Below, piece after piece: positions 48,701 through 50,439 of a DNA stretch of 50,439 nt. The stretch is taken from positions 1 through 50,439 of the forward strand of contig DATCRE010000589.1 of the NCBI GenBank assembly GCA_036569145.1, in the 5' to 3' direction. Source of the DNA: Cyclobacteriaceae bacterium. GTDB lineage: Bacteria > Bacteroidota > Bacteroidia > Cytophagales > Cyclobacteriaceae. Under the pieces are notes generated by a model. It was not told the DNA's origin and did not search any database. It saw nothing but the letters and a program-made list of their open reading frames with translations. The position numbers and the translations under genes were made by a program. The first letter of the stretch is position 1. Each line of letters begins with the position of its first letter.

Positions 48701-50439
48701 ACAACATCAAATGGTGTGACGTACTACTATGTTGTATCGGCAAAGAATGTTTCTGGCGAGTCGGCTAATTCAGCTGAAGTGAGTGCAACTCCTTTTACGT
48801 ATGCATGGAGTTACTGGCCTATGAATGAAAATACAGGAACGACAACGGCAGACTATTGGAGTACCAGAACAGGTACGTTAAATGGTGGCACTGGAATAAG
48901 CTGGACAACGGGTGTTTCCGGTTCAGGTATTCTTTTCAATCCAGCCAGCAGCACACCTTATGTTTCTATGCCAAGCGGTATTGTAAGCACGCTCACTGAC
49001 TTTACTATTTCAGCATGGGTAAAACCAAATGCATTAAGCACATGGTCACGAGTGTTTGATTTTGGTACGAGTACAAGTAATTACATGTTCCTTTCTGTTA
49101 GCAATGGAAGTGTACCACGCTTTGCTATCCGCACAGCTTCAGTAGCTGAAAATGGAATCAATAGTTCTACTGCATTGCAAGCCGGCAAATGGGCACACAT
49201 GGTTGTTACACAAGCTGGTACTACGGCCATTATGTATATCAATGGTGTAGAAGTGGGACGTAATTCTGCTATGGCTCTTACTCCAAGTAGCATGGGTACC
49301 ACAACACAGAACTATTTTGGTAAGTCACAGTGGGCAGATCCATATCTGAATGGTGTGTTGGATGATATTCGCATTTACAATAAATCATTAAGCACGTCAG
49401 AGATAGTTGCGTTAGTAAATGAATTCGCACCTGCTAAACCATCAACAGTAACAGCTGCGGGTAGCTACAAAAATGTTTTGGTGAATTGGACTAGTTCATC
49501 AGGAGCATCATCATACAACGTTAAAAGAGCAACTGTAAGTGGCGGACCTTATACAACACTGGCTACAGGCGTAACAGCGCTTTCGTATACAGATGCAACA
49601 GCTACTTATGGCACATATTATTATGTAGTAACATCGTCATCGGCAGATAACAAAGAAGGTGTTCCTTCAGACGAAGCAACCGTTCTGCTGCCTCCTGCTG
49701 CCATCGCGAATGCAAGGGCTACGGGATGGAATAGCCGTATAGACTTAAGTTGGGCAGCATCTTCAGGAGCCTCCAGCTATAATGTGAAACGTTCAGATGT
49801 TAGTGGTGGTCCTTATACACTTGTTTCAACTGTAACCACAACGGCATACAATGATGCTACTGTTAGCAACGGCACTGCGTACTACTATAGTATCGAAGCA
49901 GTTGGTACAGGTGGAAGCAGTGTAAGCAATGAACTAAGCGCGACACCAATCAGTAACGCACTATCGAATACATGGAAACATGCTGATGTGGGCGCTGTTG
50001 GAATAACTGGTAATGCACAACCTACTGATAGCACATTTACACTATATGGTTCAGGTTCTGATATATATTTCCAGACCGACATGTTTCAGTTTGCCTATCA
50101 GCGTATCTCAGGTAATGTTGGTATAGTAACACGTATAGCTGATCAGCAAAATACGAGATCGTATGCGAGGGCAGGGGTAACGATTCGTGATACCGTTACT
50201 ACTAATGCCATTCATGCAACGTTAACAAACACGCCAACCAGCATAAAAGAGTTCATTTCAAGAACGGCAACAACGTCTAATGCTGTTGAGGATATTGTAA
50301 GCAATCAACCTGATGCCAAGTGGCTAAGACTGGTGAGAAAAGATACCGTTGTTTCAGCTTACTATTCACAAGATGGCATCAACTGGTTAATGCAAAATTC
50401 GAAGACTATCAAGATGAGACAGAATGCTTATGTTGGATT
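42719..50439 (+). CDS. Giant secreted mosaic protein, 3'-truncated by the window (more than 2573 aa): alginate-lyase-fold head, ConA-like modules, He_PIG-type Ig domains, 8 Fn3, autotransporter-associated beta-strand-repeat region, 2 LamG domains
   Basis: Absent from the ORF track because there is no stop in the window. I translated frame 2 codon by codon from 44402 to 50437 and from the start to ~43700 and met no stop. ATG 42719 gives MIHNKSNIPINRKRNSGTTAGVLKRIFLILLFAGSLSQLKAQSFVHPGIPFTSDDLNQLK.. Head ~42845-43830 (GRDEGHWRGGVQALIWGAEVAWKQGVDLF). ConA-like ~43900-44480. Ig ~44485-44745 (LPDGLSINAATGVISGTP). Fn3 x2 44750-45275. Beta-helix-like repeats 45280-46830 (TGTQRFVGVNTYWGTTTVQSGKFYVNN..GIFTTTNTLTAATGATLAIEI..ITYKGGTGNDIVLLDE). 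Ig 46835-47065. Then [Fn3-Fn3-LamG] x2 and Fn3-Fn3-ConA-like to the window end. Confidence 0.9.
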   Translation, partial: MIHNKSNIPINRKRNSGTTAGVLKRIFLILLFAGSLSQLKAQSFVHPGIPFTSDDLNQLKTNIVNGKEPWTSLYASFASSSYSSLNYGMQGPFATVGRAPDVHLTQWQNDMRAIFHLSLMSVFTSNTAYAAKATAILDSWATTNTRWEGEETFLALGDYSEYFVTGADILKSTYSGWTAANTSHVNSYFNNVIWPELDVPNPVRPMNQGCIQLKAALSVAVFLDDAVKWNQAINSYRTDVGGGLYNSLPNGQIGDAGRDEGHWRGGVQALIWGAEVAWKQGVDLFSEMDNRLLKICELYCRYHLSTSNLTFIPFGGPYAYYTGWADDGSPKSLFNAYNIISNAYTNRKGISTPFTDRFIDLKGNDIYTFLFLKSSDNSTATQPEAVIYPKTSAITSLTSADVGTTGIAGSTTYNNGVWTIQGAGSLPVPPNSSVDAFHFSFQKVTDDASIIARVTSIENTGDNVRVGIMMRESLAVDAKYVGLFMPAGGGMLATWRGASAWSKTSTSWNTPATKGLQTNPGGIPQWLKLVRRGTRVALLHSNDSINWSGVAEAEIALPSTTYIGLVVASNSTSKLNTSTFSNISITNTSPAGSPVISSSLGASGSVGSAFSYTVTGTNAPVSFGATDLPDGLSINAATGVISGTPTAFGTSYTTITATNANGTASAVLKIEIANSVAPSAPLTVTAVPVNTYSVGLSWSASPGASSYSIKHSAVSGGPYAIIASNITDTTFVDDAALPKANYYVVEAFSGSLESTPSTEVLITLLPDISDSVVVSGGVGNVTINWAAADGATSYNVKRSSATGGPYTTIATGVTATTYTDNGLTNGQVYYYVISSVSDAGESENSVEKSGTPGSTTVKWAASPTTGNWNLGSNWEGSAVPPTYASLVFGASSSATLTNDMDSLKVSKLIFNADAPAYTIGGNVLMPGTEITNNSSSLQTINTPLTLRNVLAVNSNTGSTQLLGAISGTGSITINNTTATGSTIGGSNTYSGGTTVYGSWNGVWGTPSYALNIMGTGTGAIGAPTGGAFGTGPVYLKGGCLVNSGYAKIYNDVYLATNTNNYAITNPGGMEFAGRFIGDGNFSLECSYGYPYYTFSGDNSAFTGKFTTIKRTSFFRMAITSAAAGSAKAKWEFNPNFSADCLRLQFNGTIEFGEFAGVGSMHAFGGASPILSIGALNTDATYGGTASDGTSFVKVGTGTQRFVGVNTYWGTTTVQSGKFYVNNDFASPVTVNGGIFGGVGLSSASVTVNNGGTLSPGDDGLGIFTTTNTLTAATGATLAIEISSSNVTSDGIVASGVTLNNATLSLTDINSGTLPTGTNFTLINNTGSAAVVGTFNGLPEYSTITIGNYNFQITYKGGTGNDIVLLDERTVPAYITSAATGVISVGQSFTYTLTSNRTILSSSATGLPQGLTINSTTGVISGTPTSTGVYAIAISAVTDKGTTTGTLVLTVNTNAVPSTPAGLAASNAGLAKALLTWNKLSTTQLVTGYSIKRSTTSGGPYTTVATGVTDTTYTDTGLSYNVTYYYVVSASNSFGESTNSGQTTVTTLSPPVPSAVSSLSAVNGNAKINLRWSPNKYTESFTVKRSTVSGGSYTTIATAVTDTSYVDNTVSNATTYYYVVTAKNISGESANSNEAVATPESTAYNWWPFNETTGSSIADVWGGKTATLNAGTRVPGIQGSAINLAGTSTNYVSLPSGIVSSLTNFTISVWVKPTTITNWMRLFDFGSGTTNYMFFAMSTGSTPRYAIRTPSVGEKVINSSVALTTGKWSHIAITQSGSTAMMYINGVVVGSNTAMTLSPSSLGNTTLNYIGKSQFSNDPYLNASVDDFRIYGRSLTASEISSVMNTEVLKAPTNVVASGAYKNVSVSWTASAKATAYNVKRSTTSGGPYSTIGAGITATSYIDTTALMANYYYVVTSISGSNESFVSNEASVAITSVPNVPAVPSSVAGIPGNAKVTLTWRAASDAAVYRVKRASVTGGPYTLLGVTSTTSYVDNTTSNGVTYYYVVSAKNVSGESANSAEVSATPFTYAWSYWPMNENTGTTTADYWSTRTGTLNGGTGISWTTGVSGSGILFNPASSTPYVSMPSGIVSTLTDFTISAWVKPNALSTWSRVFDFGTSTSNYMFLSVSNGSVPRFAIRTASVAENGINSSTALQAGKWAHMVVTQAGTTAIMYINGVEVGRNSAMALTPSSMGTTTQNYFGKSQWADPYLNGVLDDIRIYNKSLSTSEIVALVNEFAPAKPSTVTAAGSYKNVLVNWTSSSGASSYNVKRATVSGGPYTTLATGVTALSYTDATATYGTYYYVVTSSSADNKEGVPSDEATVLLPPAAIANARATGWNSRIDLSWAASSGASSYNVKRSDVSGGPYTLVSTVTTTAYNDATVSNGTAYYYSIEAVGTGGSSVSNELSATPISNALSNTWKHADVGAVGITGNAQPTDSTFTLYGSGSDIYFQTDMFQFAYQRISGNVGIVTRIADQQNTRSYARAGVTIRDTVTTNAIHATLTNTPTSIKEFISRTATTSNAVEDIVSNQPDAKWLRLVRKDTVVSAYYSQDGINWLMQNSKTIKMRQNAYVG
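47068..49420 (+). repeat. Tandem in-frame duplication of a ~1.17-kb coding unit [Fn3-Fn3-LamG] (47068-48250 and 48251-49420). A third Fn3-Fn3 pair follows at 49421-~49950
   Basis: The protein-level alignment is visible by eye, e.g. PSGIVSSLTNFTISVWVKPTTITNWMRLFDFGSGTTNYMFFAMSTGSTPRYAIRT vs PSGIVSTLTDFTISAWVKPNALSTWSRVFDFGTSTSNYMFLSVSNGSVPRFAIRT, and YINGVVVGSNTAMTLSPSSLGNTTLNYIGKSQFSNDPYLNASVDDFRIYGRSLTASEI vs YINGVEVGRNSAMALTPSSMGTTTQNYFGKSQWADPYLNGVLDDIRIYNKSLSTSEI. Confidence 0.85.

Noticed and set aside
43816-50082. Fourteen minus-strand ORFs of 62-124 aa listed in the ORF track (e.g. 44041-44400, 46372-46746)
   Set aside because: All lie antisense to the plus-strand frame-2 ORF, which I translated without meeting a stop and which encodes recognisable Fn3/LamG/Ig modules. 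Their sequences are low-complexity shadows (Val/Ala/Pro/Thr-rich) of a Gly/Thr/Ser/Ala-rich gene.
24971-50439. An apparently higher G+C content in the second half of the window, as a possible sign of horizontal transfer
   Set aside because: I cannot compute GC or codon statistics here. The richer stretches coincide with secreted Gly/Ala/Thr/Ser-rich proteins, so amino-acid composition explains them. There are no integrase, tRNA or direct-repeat boundaries.
1-50439. Scan for CRISPR arrays, tRNA/rRNA genes, transposases, integrases, and toxin-antitoxin or restriction/defence genes
   Set aside because: None were recognised by eye on either strand. The only repeats found are intragenic domain repeats and short intergenic hairpins. 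A tRNAscan/Infernal/ISfinder/DefenseFinder run would be needed to make this negative result firm.

Overview
The window looks like chromosomal DNA from a Bacteroidota organism (Cytophagia/Sphingobacteriia-like). The evidence is a SusC/SusD pair, a T9SS C-terminal sorting domain, lipoprotein signals, A-rich leaders without Shine-Dalgarno sequences, and many TPR-type sensor proteins. I support about 27 protein genes, one gene remnant and several rho-independent hairpins. By eye I found no rRNA, tRNA, CRISPR array, transposase or integrase.

Layout:
- 1-3429: two adjacent surface proteins that share a tail-fibre-like C-terminal module, followed by an acyltransferase-3 membrane protein.
- 3475-24647: a region very rich in signal transduction. 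It holds a TPR histidine kinase, a polytopic histidine kinase, two membrane-anchored LuxR-type regulators, a degenerate HATPase-REC protein, and a response regulator / 1467-aa hybrid kinase / PHP tyrosine phosphatase operon. An aldo-keto reductase, an OmpA/SPOR-like protein and small hypothetical genes are interspersed.
- 24971-30878: a GH18-like lipoprotein, an orphan DUF2235 (Tle1-like) hydrolase and an M43 metalloprotease lipoprotein.
- 30987 to the window end: a PUL-like locus, which is the most unusual part. A propeller-type (HTCS-like) sensor kinase lacking REC/AraC output lies divergent from susC/susD-like genes. These are followed by two paralogous proteins with an alginate-lyase-fold head. 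One has ricin and a T9SS CTD. The other is a mosaic ORF that is open for all 7.7 kb to the window edge and is missing from the supplied ORF track because it has no stop in the window.

All family assignments come from motif recognition by eye. No searches were run.
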